A stretch of DNA of 63,254 nt, the filler included, from Craspedostauros australis (taxonomy: Eukaryota), in NCBI GenBank assembly GCA_030167865.1. It is 8 parts of 8 records of this genome, joined end to end, with 100 filler letters (N's around TTAATTAATTAA, not from the genome) between each part and the next. Parts side by side here need not be neighbours in the genome. Positions count along the whole stretch, not along the records: positions 22,736 to 30,902 come from JALAGF010005848.1; positions 31,003 to 35,411 come from JALAGF010005849.1; positions 35,512 to 51,163 come from JALAGF010005850.1; 5 more parts are not named here. One strand, given 5' to 3'. Both the position numbers and the translations under genes were made by a program. Below are positions 25,565-37,377 of this stretch, piece after piece; positions within the stretch are counted from its first letter, which is position 1; each line of letters starts with the position of its first letter. A model generated the notes under the pieces. That model saw only the letters and a list, made by a program, of their open reading frames with translations, ran no database searches and was not told the DNA's origin.

Positions 25565-26368
25565 ATGATCGCAATCAACTCCACAGTCCTTGCATGTGCG
25601 CTCGTCGCCGTGATGCACTTATTGGCAGTCACAGCTTTCGCACCAACCCACGCATTCATCACATCCAAACACCATCAGCAGCAGCAACAACAACAACAAC
25701 AACAACAACTGCTTGCCACGGCCTTCGTTCAGACTGCCACTGTCACTGCCACTGCCATTGCCACCGATACTAGCACCATCAAAGATTCCGCACAGCAGCA
25801 GCTCCAAAAAGCCAAGATGCTGAGACAGCAAGCAGAACAGGCCTCCATCGACCTCAAGTCTCAGCGCCTGCAAAAGAAGATTCAGCAGGATCGCTCCACC
25901 GACGAGCTCATTGAAACCTACTTCTTCGGCATCGATCGATACACGGACAGCTGCTCTCCGGATGATGCTCTTCTCAACCGCCTGCGCGACAGACGCGTGG
26001 GAGTCAGCACCCTCCTGCAGATGGTCGATCGCATCTTCGAACGTGAGATCCTCGCCAACAACAACGACGAGAACATGCTCGATGGATGCATCGAAGCATT
26101 GATCGAGCTGCACGAAGTCTTGGACGAAGAGTTCAACATGCAGCAGCACTGCACCGCATGCGTCGCACATTCCGTGGAGGAGCATTACGGAGCCGGTAAT
26201 GTTTCCCACAAACTCCAGAACCGATTCCAGCAGCTGCAACGCCAGACTCAAGTCGAGACCGAAACGGCCGCGACGAACTCCAGCACAGCGGGAGCATCTG
26301 ACCGTCATCACGATATTGCGCAGACACCAACCGTCTCTGTCCCAGTTACAAGAGCAACACCGTTTTGA
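25565..26368 (+). CDS. Predicted plastid-targeted protein of unknown function (267 aa)
   Basis: Signal peptide ending in ASAFAP-type motif VTA|FAP, followed by poly-Q and a helical region (KAKMLRQQAEQA). Confidence 0.75.
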   Translation: MIAINSTVLACALVAVMHLLAVTAFAPTHAFITSKHHQQQQQQQQQQQLLATAFVQTATVTATAIATDTSTIKDSAQQQLQKAKMLRQQAEQASIDLKSQRLQKKIQQDRSTDELIETYFFGIDRYTDSCSPDDALLNRLRDRRVGVSTLLQMVDRIFEREILANNNDENMLDGCIEALIELHEVLDEEFNMQQHCTACVAHSVEEHYGAGNVSHKLQNRFQQLQRQTQVETETAATNSSTAGASDRHHDIAQTPTVSVPVTRATPF

Positions 26369-26625
26369 ATTCGATCACAGCATCGTTTGCGGTTTCGTTC
26401 GGCGAACCAATTTTCCCTTTCCCCAAACCAAGCCGCCGCAAGCACAAGATACACAGCAGCACCATGTATGGTAGTTGCAGAGTAGAAATGTAAATAGAGC
26501 TCAACTTGTTGTATGTACTCCACTCTACCCTTTGCCACAAGAAAGTATCTGTTCACGTGGTCTCAATAGAGAGAACCAGCTCATCAAAGAAGAGTGCATT
26601 CCATGAACGAATTATTATGCAAGTC

Positions 26626-27391
26626 AGTTGGATTTTTGTGTATCGTTGTGACACGATCCGGAAGGGAAAGTCTAGCCGACTGCCAGTTTCAACAAAGCTG
26701 GGGCTGCAGCTGGCTATGGACGACCGTCTGGGAAGATTGTAGTTGTTGACAATGAGTAGATTAGAGTTGTTGTTCTGATCTTGAGTTGTGCTATTTGTTA
26801 TTTGATAGTCTGCATTGTGAGTTGATCAGTTTGAGATGTAGGATGAAGAAACGATGCTCAGTTGGATAGTGTGGCTCTGCACTGACCATAAAAGGTTCAG
26901 TGCTGAGAACGGACAATCTCTTTCTCTCTTGCTCTCTCTCTGTCTCTCTCTCTCTGCTATCTGTGGCGGATATTCTATGCTCAAGTACAAAGGCTTGACA
27001 TCTTGGTTGAGGTTGTGTTTCGAGAACACAGGTTGTCAGGCAACGGGAATTGGCGTTAGATTCCCTGTTCATGTTGAAGCAGGGAAGATCTCCTTGTTGT
27101 TGTCGAGTTAAGTTGGCAGTTGACATGGCTGACAGTGGGATCGGAGTTAGATGCAACACGATATTTCAGAGGAGCATATAGTTCCCGGAGTGTATTGATC
27201 TTGGTGATTCAAGTGAGTTTTGAATCAGCAGTGATTCGTGAGTGAGAGTGGGAGAAGGAGGGAGAATAGGAGCTTTCCGTATTTGTAGGTGGAAGGTTTC
27301 GCGCCAAAATTTACGCGCCAAAAACAATTTCATGGTGCGACACAGGATGCACTAAGTGGAAAGTAGTCTGTTCTGTAGATGAACTTCAACT
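26626..27391 (-). mobile_element. 766-bp non-coding inserted element, copy A (AGTT...AACT ends, 5-bp TSD AAGTC)
   Basis: AAGTC at 26621-26625 and 27392-27396; ends AGTTGGATTT / GAACTTCAACT; collinear with 32875-33559. Confidence 0.8.
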
Positions 27392-28482
27392 AAGTCCCAT
27401 ACTTCTTGTTGTGTAAGGATGATGGTGGCCACATGGAAGATGAGACGAGGACGACCTCCGACTTGGAGGTCGACTCCAAAGCGTCGCGGCAGAAGGTATC
27501 CCAGGAAATGTCGTCTGTTGACGTCGAATGGAAGTTTGCTCTTGGTGGACACTCTGACACAGACATATCAGGAATGTGGTCTGCAACCTCCTGCAAACAG
27601 ACAGTCACAGTTTCGTATGGTTGGACAGGCTTAATATATGCCGATTCTTTCGCTTGGCAGACGTATCCACAAAGCGAGGATTGCCACTATTTTGCACCCA
27701 GACGTCGTGTTGTTGGAACTCTGGACGAGTGTTTCTATCCTTTACCGGCTGCCTTTTCGCACGATCCCTCGGTCGGCGGCGCCAATCAAAACCACAGCGG
27801 TTCTCCCACCCCATCTTCGCCTCGTTTCGGTGACGACTGATGCTCTTTGCCGCTTTGGGGGGGGGAGTTTTCGCCCCGTGATGATCGCTCCAAACCAAGA
27901 TTTAACCTAACCGAGCAAGGGCAGTTTGTTCGATTGTCCTCCGGACAAGTTGCTGACGCTCTTGGTCACAAGTGAGGGTGGAAACCTCACAAAAAGCCTC
28001 TCCACTGTGCGTCTCGACTCGATCAGCTCCTCCACTGTCGCCAAACACCATCCTCCGGCAGCGCTATCATCGGACCGAGTCGCTGCTGGTGCGAATACAC
28101 AACTTGTTTGCATCCACAGTGACGTCGTGCCCAGCGATAACCGATAATACTGTCTGATCCGTCCTGTCGGGTGCTCGCGGGTGCTCTGCTATGCTCTGTT
28201 GAAGCCAACGCCAAGCTGGATCTCCCCCACCAACCGCAACAACAAATGAGCAGCTCTTTTGGCTGTGACAGATACGAGGACGCACATGGAGTATACTCCC
28301 TATCCGTGCCAACGCATACGTACCCATGCGTAGCCACTCCGTCGTCACACACCACAAGCCCACAACCGGCACCTGCTTTCCCACTTTGCCATGATACCCG
28401 CAAACGTGAGCATACACGCGGATCATCATCACAAGCCACACAATCTCACACCATTCCATCTCAAATCGCACCATCACCAATC

Positions 28483-30902
28483 ATGCCGTTTGTCACCATC
28501 AAACCGCACATCAGCAACGCGAGCACCAGCACCACCAGCACCACCACCACCAGCAACAACATCAAAGCACCCTCTGTTGACCAACGAACAGTGCACTTCG
28601 ATCGCGTGGACGGCTTGGCGCCGTTGCAGAGTGCGAGCCTGGATGACACTGCATCACGTTCATCAAACACAACCATGTCGAACACATGCGAGTCCGCGTT
28701 CCCATCCTCCGAGTTCTCGATGCCATCTTCAAAGGCGCCCACGAAGGACTTCTTCTTTGGACGAGACAAAGAGCTGCAGCATCTCCGTGACATCTGGCGG
28801 CACATCAACGATGGCCAACCCATCTTTCCGGCCGCGTTGGTTTGGGGAACGAGTGGAACCGGAAAGTCGCAGCTGATTGACCATTTCCTGGATCAATCAT
28901 GTTGCACATGCGGGGAAAGACATCATCCAAAGCGAGCGGTACTGCTATCATCAGATCCGCAAGCGGAAGGTCTTCGACAACAGCAGCAACAACAGCAGCA
29001 ACCAACCCGACAGTGCTCATGTTGCTACGTGTTGCGAGGCAAGTACGATGAGTACACCGGCAACAACGATCCCTTTTCCGCCATCATCCAAGCACTGGAT
29101 GACTTCGCAACCCAACTCCAACACGGACCTCCTGAGGAACTTCAACGCATTCAGAAATCAGTACAGAGCGTGTTCTATGCGGATGACAGCGAATCCGATC
29201 TCACCTCCAAACCCACCCAAGATGACTCCGCGAGCCAAACACACGGCAGCATGATGAAGCAAAGCTATGACGCCATGACTGCTTTAATCACAGTCGTCCC
29301 GTCGCTGTCCATTCTATTCTCCGACTCCCCCGGGTCCTCTTCCAGCGTCGTGACGGGCGCCTCGTCCCGCTCGGCACGAGCTCTGCAGAAAGTCGCATCC
29401 AACAGCAACTTCGGCCGTGCTGCTGCAGGTCTCGCTAGGGACGCCGGGTCCGTCTCCACAAATAGCCATGCCATGTCAGATATGGACTTCGGCGGAGATA
29501 CCAGCAACAACGCAACCACAGCTAACTCACAGACCGCATGGAACCGGCTGTGCTACATCTTCATCCAGTTCATGAAGGCCATCTCCACTCCTCAAAGGCC
29601 GGTCTTCCTCTTCCTTGACGATCTGCAGTGGTCATCCGCCGCTGGCTTGGAGCTTCTGGCATCGCTTCTCACGGATACCGATCTTCACAATTTCCTGTTG
29701 CTGGGTGCGATCCGACAGGAAACGGACCCTCACAATCATCAAGCGATGGAGCTGTCACCGTATGCACCCCTGCAAACGTCGTTCTTGGATCGGTTGCTGT
29801 GCGAAGACAACGCCAGGGATGCCCACAATAACTGGAACGGCAACAACGACAGAGACGGCACACTCCTTGAGCAGATCACACTCGGTAATCTGTCGTTGCC
29901 GGACTGCACCCAGTGGCTGTCGCATCTTCTCCATCGCTCCCATCACGACAGCGACCTCAAGTTGCTGGCATCCAAAATCCATGCGAAGACGCACGGCAAC
30001 GTCTACTTCACGCTGCAGGCCATCGAAGAGCTCAAGAGGCGGGACATCGTCATTCACAACCGCACCGCCGATCGATGGGAATGGCATCTGGACTCATCTG
30101 TCAACGATGGTCTTCCCATCGGCGACAACATCGTGGCCATCATCGAGATGCAGCTCAAGGATCAACCGCCTGATCTTCAACATGCGCTGTCAATCGCGGC
30201 TTACATCCGAGCATCCTTCGATTTGGAGGTGCTACAAGCGGTGCTGCAATACATTGATGATCATGGAGGCGTCGACGTTATCTATTCGCAAGCTGACGAG
30301 GCTTCAACGCCAACAAACACGACGACTGCATGGACGACTGATCGACTCTATTCTGTGCTGGAGAAGGCTCTTCTGGAGGGTCTCGTCACCAACTCCATAG
30401 GCGAAAGCAGATACCACTTTGCCCACGATCGTGTGCAACAAGCAGCGCATGGCTTGATTCCATTCGGTGAGGTCCGCAGCAAACTCCGGCTCCAGATCGG
30501 TCGCAGTCTGCTCGAGGTGTACCGAATGTCCACAACTCCGCCAGCCCAAAGCGAGCTTCAAGACCAATCTCCCAAAACGTCAGCAGAAAACGATGACCAG
30601 GACCAACATCGCCAACTAAAGCAACAGCAACAACAGCAGCAGCAACACGAACTCACCATCAGAGACGTCGACAGCTTGCTTTTCATTGCGGCTGATCATC
30701 TCAACAGCGCGCCCACCAAGGACCATCTCTTCCTCCTCCGCTTCAACCTTGAAGTTGGACAGAAGGCACTCCAAATGGCTGCGTTATCGTCGGCTGCTAT
30801 CTATCTGCAGAAGGCCGCCAATGTGCTACCACGCATACGCAGTCCATGGCAGGAACACTACGGAACCTGCCTCACGTTATTCCAGTGCCGGTCTGAGGTG
30901 GA
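28483..30902 (+). CDS. STAND-class/AAA_16-like NTPase, 3' truncated
   Basis: FFGRDKELQHL, Walker A GTSGTGKS, GKYDE..PF, Walker B LFLDDLQW, KTHGNVYF and YHFAHDRVQQAA. This is the motif set of the ATPase module of Ser/Thr kinase-ATPase-histidine kinase proteins. Start codon uncertain. Confidence 0.85.
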
Positions 30903-31002
30903 NNNNNNNNNNNNNNNNNNNNNNNNNNNNNNNNNNNNNNNNNNNNTTAATTAATTAANNNNNNNNNNNNNNNNNNNNNNNNNNNNNNNNNNNNNNNNNN
31001 NN

Positions 31003-31436
31003 CGTGACATCTGGAGAGCAGAAGGACGCCTACTGACGTCGACAGGATGTCATCATGTCACCACGTCGACATCTGTCTCCAAGTCAAAGCAGAAGGTGAA
31101 GATCCGATGACCGAAGGGCATCAGCATCATGGATACGAAAGGTGAACTTCAAATGGCGAGTACTGATGGAGTAGGAGCCAGTACTGAATGAACGGAGTGT
31201 CGAATACGAAGTACGTATTGAACACGGAGTATCGTGTGCGACGAGTATACGATGTTGAGAGAGAGAGAGAATACAGAGAAGAGCGAGAGAGCATCTCGCG
31301 TACCGACTCATAGTCGGAGACTGAATCTACGAAACAGATTGAAGCGCCGAGAGCATCGGGCAAGAGAACGGGCGTACACCGAGAGCATCGGAGTAGCCAA
31401 GTAATGAAATAGCAAACGAACGACTATCAACCAACA
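31003..31436 (+). mobile_element. Possible LTR fragment ending ...CAACCAACA
   Basis: Purine-rich non-coding stretch with duplicated CCGAGAGCATCGG; ends in CA just upstream of the Sola-like frame. Other end not in contig. Confidence 0.3.
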
Positions 31437-31528
31437 CCATCTTCCACGATCGTAGGTTACCGTGCGCGGAACTTGCCAACACACTCCTTCCTGCACCGAC
31501 TATCCAACCAGCAACGAAAGGCAAGCGC

Positions 31529-34500
31529 ATGCAACGCCGCAAGGCTGACAACGACAAAGCCTTCCGCCCCAACGGACGCAAGAAAGTCAAGAGCAGGAAA
31601 TCTAACTCCGGAAGATTCCAACCCAAGCACAACATGAACAAGACAGATGCATTTCAAATCATGTGCGAGGTATTGCAGGAGCTCGGAGTGAAACAACTTG
31701 CAGCTATGCTGGCCAACTTTCCTTGTTGCGGATTTGTATTGGGGCACAAATCCGACAAGCAAGTGTGGAGCAAAGCAAAGAAGATCTTCGTGGTGGCCTC
31801 CAATGCGCTGTGGAAAGCCCTGATTCCGGCAATGAACTTGCCAGTTCCTCAAATGGAACAGGTGGTGACATTCGTGCGCGCGGGGGTAGACTTGCTGCCT
31901 ATCAAGCTGGCTCCCAACCTCTACACGATTTGCCTCGTCGGCAAGAAGAACATTGCACGCACAGCAAGGTGCATTCTCGCCATGTCTGCTTTGCCATGCC
32001 AATGTACTAACCTCCTCTCGCGACACAAGAGCGAACTTCCTGACGTTCAGCGTCTTTGCCTCTTGCCAGAGCAATACACCATCACGCGGGGCCAGCTCCT
32101 CACACTGCGCAACTACTACGAGCTCTTGCGCGAGGGCAACGTGCTTGGTGCTGCTGTTCACGACTATCGCGTCAGCACATACAGCTTGGCCGGCGTCGTG
32201 TCCTTCATCAGCAACACAACCACATACAAGGCAGGCCTTTGTCACAACATCAAGTGGGGAGGGGTGATATTTGAAAACATGCCAGTATTCGAACGTGGCA
32301 GAACGAGTGTGGGCGAGCTGTTCCACATGTACAAGACTACGACGAACAATCCAGTTGGCAAGCCAGCATTCCGAGCAATGACAGGCCTGCTCACACACAG
32401 AGGCAAAGTGATTACTGGTCTCTCCTCTTTTGAAAACTACTTCTGGATGGCAACAAAGACGCTGAAGGAGATGCTCGTGTGCTTGAATACCCTACTCGAG
32501 GATTCATTCAATGGTGATGACGGACATGACGACCTAACCGTGGAGCATATTCAAACCTGTGAGACATTGTTGCGCAATCTGGACCTTGTGATCACATTCC
32601 TCAAGTGGGAGTATACCGTGCCGCACATGCAGATCAAGTGCGAAGAAGACCTGATGCACTGCGCTCATTTCGCCCTTCGCAAGGATTCAAAAATGAAGCA
32701 GGCTATGTCTACACTCAGCACCGAAAACACAACAGCGCCTGCCAGCACCAACACGACATGCGCGGTCATTGATCCTCCTACAGTAACCACAGAGTGTGAT
32801 GCCAACGCCCTTCCTCTCATCGCTCACGATCAACAAGGCAAAGTATGCAACAGATGTGGACAAGTGATGCGATTAGTTGAGATTCAATGAGGGACAGACT
32901 ATTACCGAACACGGTATCAACCCGATGGGAGAAATTCTTGTTTTGGCGCGAAATCCTCCGACTTGATTGACCACCAAATCTTTTCTCCTCCTTTCTCTCC
33001 TCCATTCACGAATCCGTCATGACTCAAACCTGACCGACCTGACTCACACCCCACCTGGGAACTATATGCTCTTCAGATCCTCCTTACTACAACACACCTC
33101 GATTCCTTCATACTGATGACCACCACACTACCACCGTGGTCTCAGCATGCGTATCCAACTTGCTTCAACTCAAGCAATGGAATCCGAGGGTCAGTTTCAG
33201 CCACAGCCACTGCTTCATGATCGTCACCACTGATTGTCATGACCTACACTGCAGTGTAACTACATGTGCGGAGAGCAAAGTACTGTATTGATTGTCTACT
33301 CTGTTGCACTGAATCAAGTGCATCAGTGNNNNNNNNNNCCAAGTTGTGTGGCATCGTTTCTTCACCCTACTAACACCAATAAGCTAACTCATAATAACAG
33401 ACAAGGATTAGCTACAAAGCACTCTACTTCTCATCGTTATACGTTATAACTATTCAAACAGCACACCTCTCTTGAACTGCATCACACGGCTATCCCGAAG
33501 CCGGCAGATTCACGAGGCATTCTCCACCGATTCGCGACGCCTACGCCCGAATCCTAACTCGATTCATGGATGATCGCATCGCACCATTCGTCGAGACGCT
33601 CAAGGCCAATCATCTAAGCGACCACGCAGATGAACTACACACGATGCTGGAAGCGGTACCAGGCTTCAACAACGAGATCACTGCGTACATGGCACACCGA
33701 GTTCGAGCAAAGGTTCAATTNGATCAGATGAACAAGTACAAGGCCAAGATCAACAACAATGATAAGTGTGCCTACGTCGTCATCGACCATAAGCAGAAGA
33801 TTCTGCCGACGGCACAAGGAGAATCGCAGACAGAGTACTGGGGCAAGAAGGGCATGTCGCTGCTTGGTGTCATGATTGTCACTTGCAAAAATNNNNNNNN
33901 NNNNNNNNNNNNNNNNNNNNNNNNNNNNNNNNNNNNNNNNNNGATCACTGCGTACATGGCACACCGAGTTCGAGCAAAGGTTCAATTCGATCAGATGAAC
34001 AAGTACAAGGCCAAGATCAACAACAATGATAAGTGTGCCTACGTCGTCATCGACCATAAGCAGAAGATTCTGCCGACGGCACAAGGAGAATCGCAGACAG
34101 AGTACTGGGGCAAGAAGGGCATGTCGCTGCTTGGTGTCATGATTGTCACTTGCAAAAATGACGAATTCACCTATCGCTTTGTGGACATAATTGTTCATGG
34201 CCGTCCCACCCAAGACACGCTTCAAGTTGGAGGACTACTCAAAATCATCCAGAAGAAGGTACGCGATCTCCTGCCATCAGTGACAGAAATTATCCTGCAG
34301 TCGGACAACGCGGGCTGCTTCGCCAGCCACGAGCACATCGCGCTTGTCTCATCACGGATTAACAAGGACGCGGCAGCCAAAGGGCTTCCCCAATTCATTG
34401 TTTGGATCTATACAGAAGCCCAAACCGGCAAAGGGCGAATCGACACTCACTTCGCCTACTTCACTATCGTACTACGATCCTACATGCAAAACGGTGGCAA

Positions 34501-35376
34501 AATTCAAACCAAACACGAGATCTTCGACGCATTGCAAATGGGAAATATCAGAGGTACTACAACTGTCTTGGTTGACATGTCGGATTTGGAAGTCGCTGTG
34601 TGATTCACAAGACGAATACACACATGAGGTTCCGCGCAAAAGGCATGAATGTGCGATCAACCCACGAGGTCTGGCACGGAAACGGCTACGCAGACTTGCT
34701 TGCGGCTTCAAATGTCACTGCTCCAGTATGTGTGGAGGAAGCTGAATGGGAAGACTATGACGTCATGAATTTCGAGGTTCCCATCATCAACGAACACCAA
34801 TTGACGCAACAACCACTTGCACCAACATCACCAAGGAAGGAGAAAAAGACTCTCAGGTTTGCAAAGAGTGCCACCGAAAGCAAGGCACTGACGTACCTCG
34901 AAGCAATCAACATGGCAGCCTTGGAGACTCCTGACGTAAGTACTGTGCTACAGGACACCACAGCAACAACAGAACACCCGCGATTGGCTGAACCTGGCTG
35001 GGCTGCAAAAGCTGTACGACGAAACGAGCCCATTCGCCCCTGCCTTGTGAACGTGCTGGAAGAGGTTTGCAGAGTGGCATGCGCGGACCCGAAGAACAGA
35101 CCAACAGAGTACGAGGCATACAGGCGGTGCATGGAGACGACCGAAATGAAGACTGACTGGTATGCACGGGTACACGTGAACCCAATGCGAGTGAAGCAGT
35201 ACATGTCCGCGTCCTACCAACGCACGAAACCGAAGGCCGCGAACACTAGTACCCCGGAAATCACGATAAACAAAAAACGCGACAAACACAACGAACACAA
35301 CGAACACCCCACCACCGACGAACGCGGACAGCACCCACACAGAGATCGTGCCTGCACAACACACAACAGCAGATGA
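31529..35376 (+). mobile_element. Sola3-like DDD transposase gene, disrupted by a nested insertion (32875-33559) and a frameshift at ~34600
   Basis: FLKWEY..H...HCAHFAL...CNRC, then DHKQKILP...ESQTEYWGKKG, ILQSDNAGCF and EAQTGKGRIDTH (three catalytic-type Asp motifs). Removing the insertion rejoins the frames (CGQVMRFMDDRI). GCTGTGTGATT at 34595 looks like a 2-nt slip. Superfamily assigned from remembered motifs. Confidence 0.65.
32875..33559 (+). mobile_element. ~685-bp non-coding inserted element, copy B (AGTT...AACT ends, 5-bp TSD CGATT)
   Basis: CGATT at 32870-32874 and 33560-33564; ends AGTTGAGATTC / GAATCCTAACT. Excision restores the host reading frame. Contains a 10-N gap. Confidence 0.85.
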
Positions 35377-35511
35377 GGAGGAAATCGCGCTGCAACAAGA
35401 AGAAAACGAAGNNNNNNNNNNNNNNNNNNNNNNNNNNNNNNNNNNNNNNNNNNNNTTAATTAATTAANNNNNNNNNNNNNNNNNNNNNNNNNNNNNNNNN
35501 NNNNNNNNNNN

Positions 35512-35803
35512 CGCCTTCAGCACTGCCAAGAATCTGAAGGGCAAAGTGATCAAGGTCAAGAAGAGCAAGCAACACAAGCACTCTGCATACAACTCTACTC
35601 TCACACACTTGCGTCAGTGCGCAGAGTGGGGCAATCATACTCTCACAGCGACCTTCCGCCGCCTCCTCACTCCCCTTCCTACTGATAACATCCGACGCGG
35701 CAGGATCATGTGGTCTTCTATCCTTCTCCACAATTGGAAGACCGAGACCTGCGATCGCAATCAGATTCGTACCTACCTCAGGGACGTCTCCTCCAAGCTC
35801 TAG
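35512..35803 (+). mobile_element. PIF/Harbinger (DDE_Tnp_4-like) transposase C-terminus
   Basis: YNSTLTHLRQCAEWGNHTLTATFRRL...LLHNWKTETCDRNQI matches the N......RQ..EWG...L...F.RL...LHN.R.....NQI pattern. Confidence 0.75.
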
Positions 35804-36183
35804 GAGGACTACTTGTAAATAACAGTAATGAACAGTGAAGTTGTAAGNATGAATAGTACTTGTACAGGTGTCACTGTGCACATCAGAAACATAGTCCAAA
35901 TGTTCTTGTCATTGTTCTGCAAAATGCCTGCGTATCAATTTCGAGCGGTGTGCTCCACGCGATTGGATTATGTCATATTTTTCGCCAGGTCTGTTTTGCT
36001 CCTGTATCACGAAATTTGTGTTGGGATTGACATGCGATAAATACACAACGATGTTTATTGTGACATTGGTTTCACAGCAATCACTACAACTGTCACATGC
36101 ATGCATGCATACACAACTTCAGAATGATACTAGAAATGGTGACTATGATGTTTACATGTACTTCTAGGAATAGGAAGGTTGGC

Positions 36184-37377
36184 TTAGTTGTTCTTCATGT
36201 AGTCGAACATGGCATTGAGTTGTTGAGAGAGGCCACCACAAGCGACCTTGAGATCGGAGTTGGCCTCCTTCAACTCTGTGCACGTTTTTTCAAGCATGGC
36301 ACACTTGTTGCCCATGGCATCGAGGCGCTTGTTGTTATCATCAGTGCTGTGGTATGCAGGAGGAGCCTTCATCACACTAATGAGCTCCCCAAGGCACCCT
36401 GAGAGCTTGTTTGACAACTCATTTGTCGAGTTATGCATGTCGAGCATGGTCGATGCCAGCATATCGGCCTTGCGCTTGCGTGGAAGGGGACGAACTGGAG
36501 TTCCTTCAGCAGAGAAGAGACCCGTCGCGATACGGGCCCTGCTGAGCTTGCCAGCCTGCTTCTCGACAAGCTCCGCGATGGAGGCTGCGGTGTTGCCTTC
36601 GACGGTGGTGGCAGTGGTAGCAGCGACGGTGTTGTCCACCTCGTCAGCAATGCGCTCAAACTCCTCATCATTGAGGCCAGAGAATCCGATCGATTCCTTT
36701 GTTCGGATATTCTCATGGATCTGTTGCGCCCACTGCACATCACCAGGGATGTGTGATGATCCGGTTGGCTTGGTGCGAAGCGCAAGCAGATGGAACTTGC
36801 GCTTGCACCCTGTGGCGTTGCGTCGCCACGTAGGGTCGATCCCAACACACTCTGCAACGACTGCGTCCCACATGTCGCGTCCCACAGGGAGGATGCGACC
36901 CACCGTCGCGAGCAAGAGGTGGATTTCTTTGTCGGTCCACTTGGTGGATCCGATCTTTCGACCTTTGGGTCTGGAGAGATCTGCGCTAGCCACAGGCGCT
37001 GTGATGACAATGGGCACATCTGTATTGCCAGACTCACTGGGAGCAGAGCACCAAGAAGATTTGGATGTGATGGGTGCTGTTTGATCGGCCGCTTGCCAGA
37101 GTTGGGCTGCCAGGGTCGACGGTAGAGCAGAGCATCCTGGCCAGAGCTTCTTCTGTGGTGTCATGCGAAGGGAGGCGATGATGTTGCTGCCACGTTCGTC
37201 TTCCACGCCTTCGCAGTGATTGATACCAGCGATGACTCGCTCAAGTGGTGGTACCTCGTTCGGTGGAGCGATGCCAGTGACGAAGACTCGGTAAAACCAA
37301 GCGACATCGTCATGGTAGGAACGGCCTTCGGAGGAAGGACGGAAGAGATCTTCAAAGGAGTATGGTGTTGGCGTCAT
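36184..37377 (-). CDS. Myb/SANT-like (DUF6818-like) protein, probable Harbinger accessory ORF (397 aa)
   Basis: KWTDKEIHLLL...LPVGRDMWDAV...RRNATGCKRKFHLL...KPTG...PGDVQWAQQI, plus NLS-like PRKRK and a C-terminal coiled coil; convergent with the transposase. Confidence 0.75.
   Translation of the reverse strand: MTPTPYSFEDLFRPSSEGRSYHDDVAWFYRVFVTGIAPPNEVPPLERVIAGINHCEGVEDERGSNIIASLRMTPQKKLWPGCSALPSTLAAQLWQAADQTAPITSKSSWCSAPSESGNTDVPIVITAPVASADLSRPKGRKIGSTKWTDKEIHLLLATVGRILPVGRDMWDAVVAECVGIDPTWRRNATGCKRKFHLLALRTKPTGSSHIPGDVQWAQQIHENIRTKESIGFSGLNDEEFERIADEVDNTVAATTATTVEGNTAASIAELVEKQAGKLSRARIATGLFSAEGTPVRPLPRKRKADMLASTMLDMHNSTNELSNKLSGCLGELISVMKAPPAYHSTDDNNKRLDAMGNKCAMLEKTCTELKEANSDLKVACGGLSQQLNAMFDYMKNN

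Noticed and set aside
24449..27344. GTGTCGCACC / GGTGCGACAC as TIRs around the plastid gene
   Set aside because: Only 10 bp, does not extend, and the right copy lies inside element copy A.
33675..34160. ~218-bp direct duplication in the Sola ORF
   Set aside because: Essentially identical copies flank a 50-N gap: a scaffolding overlap artefact.
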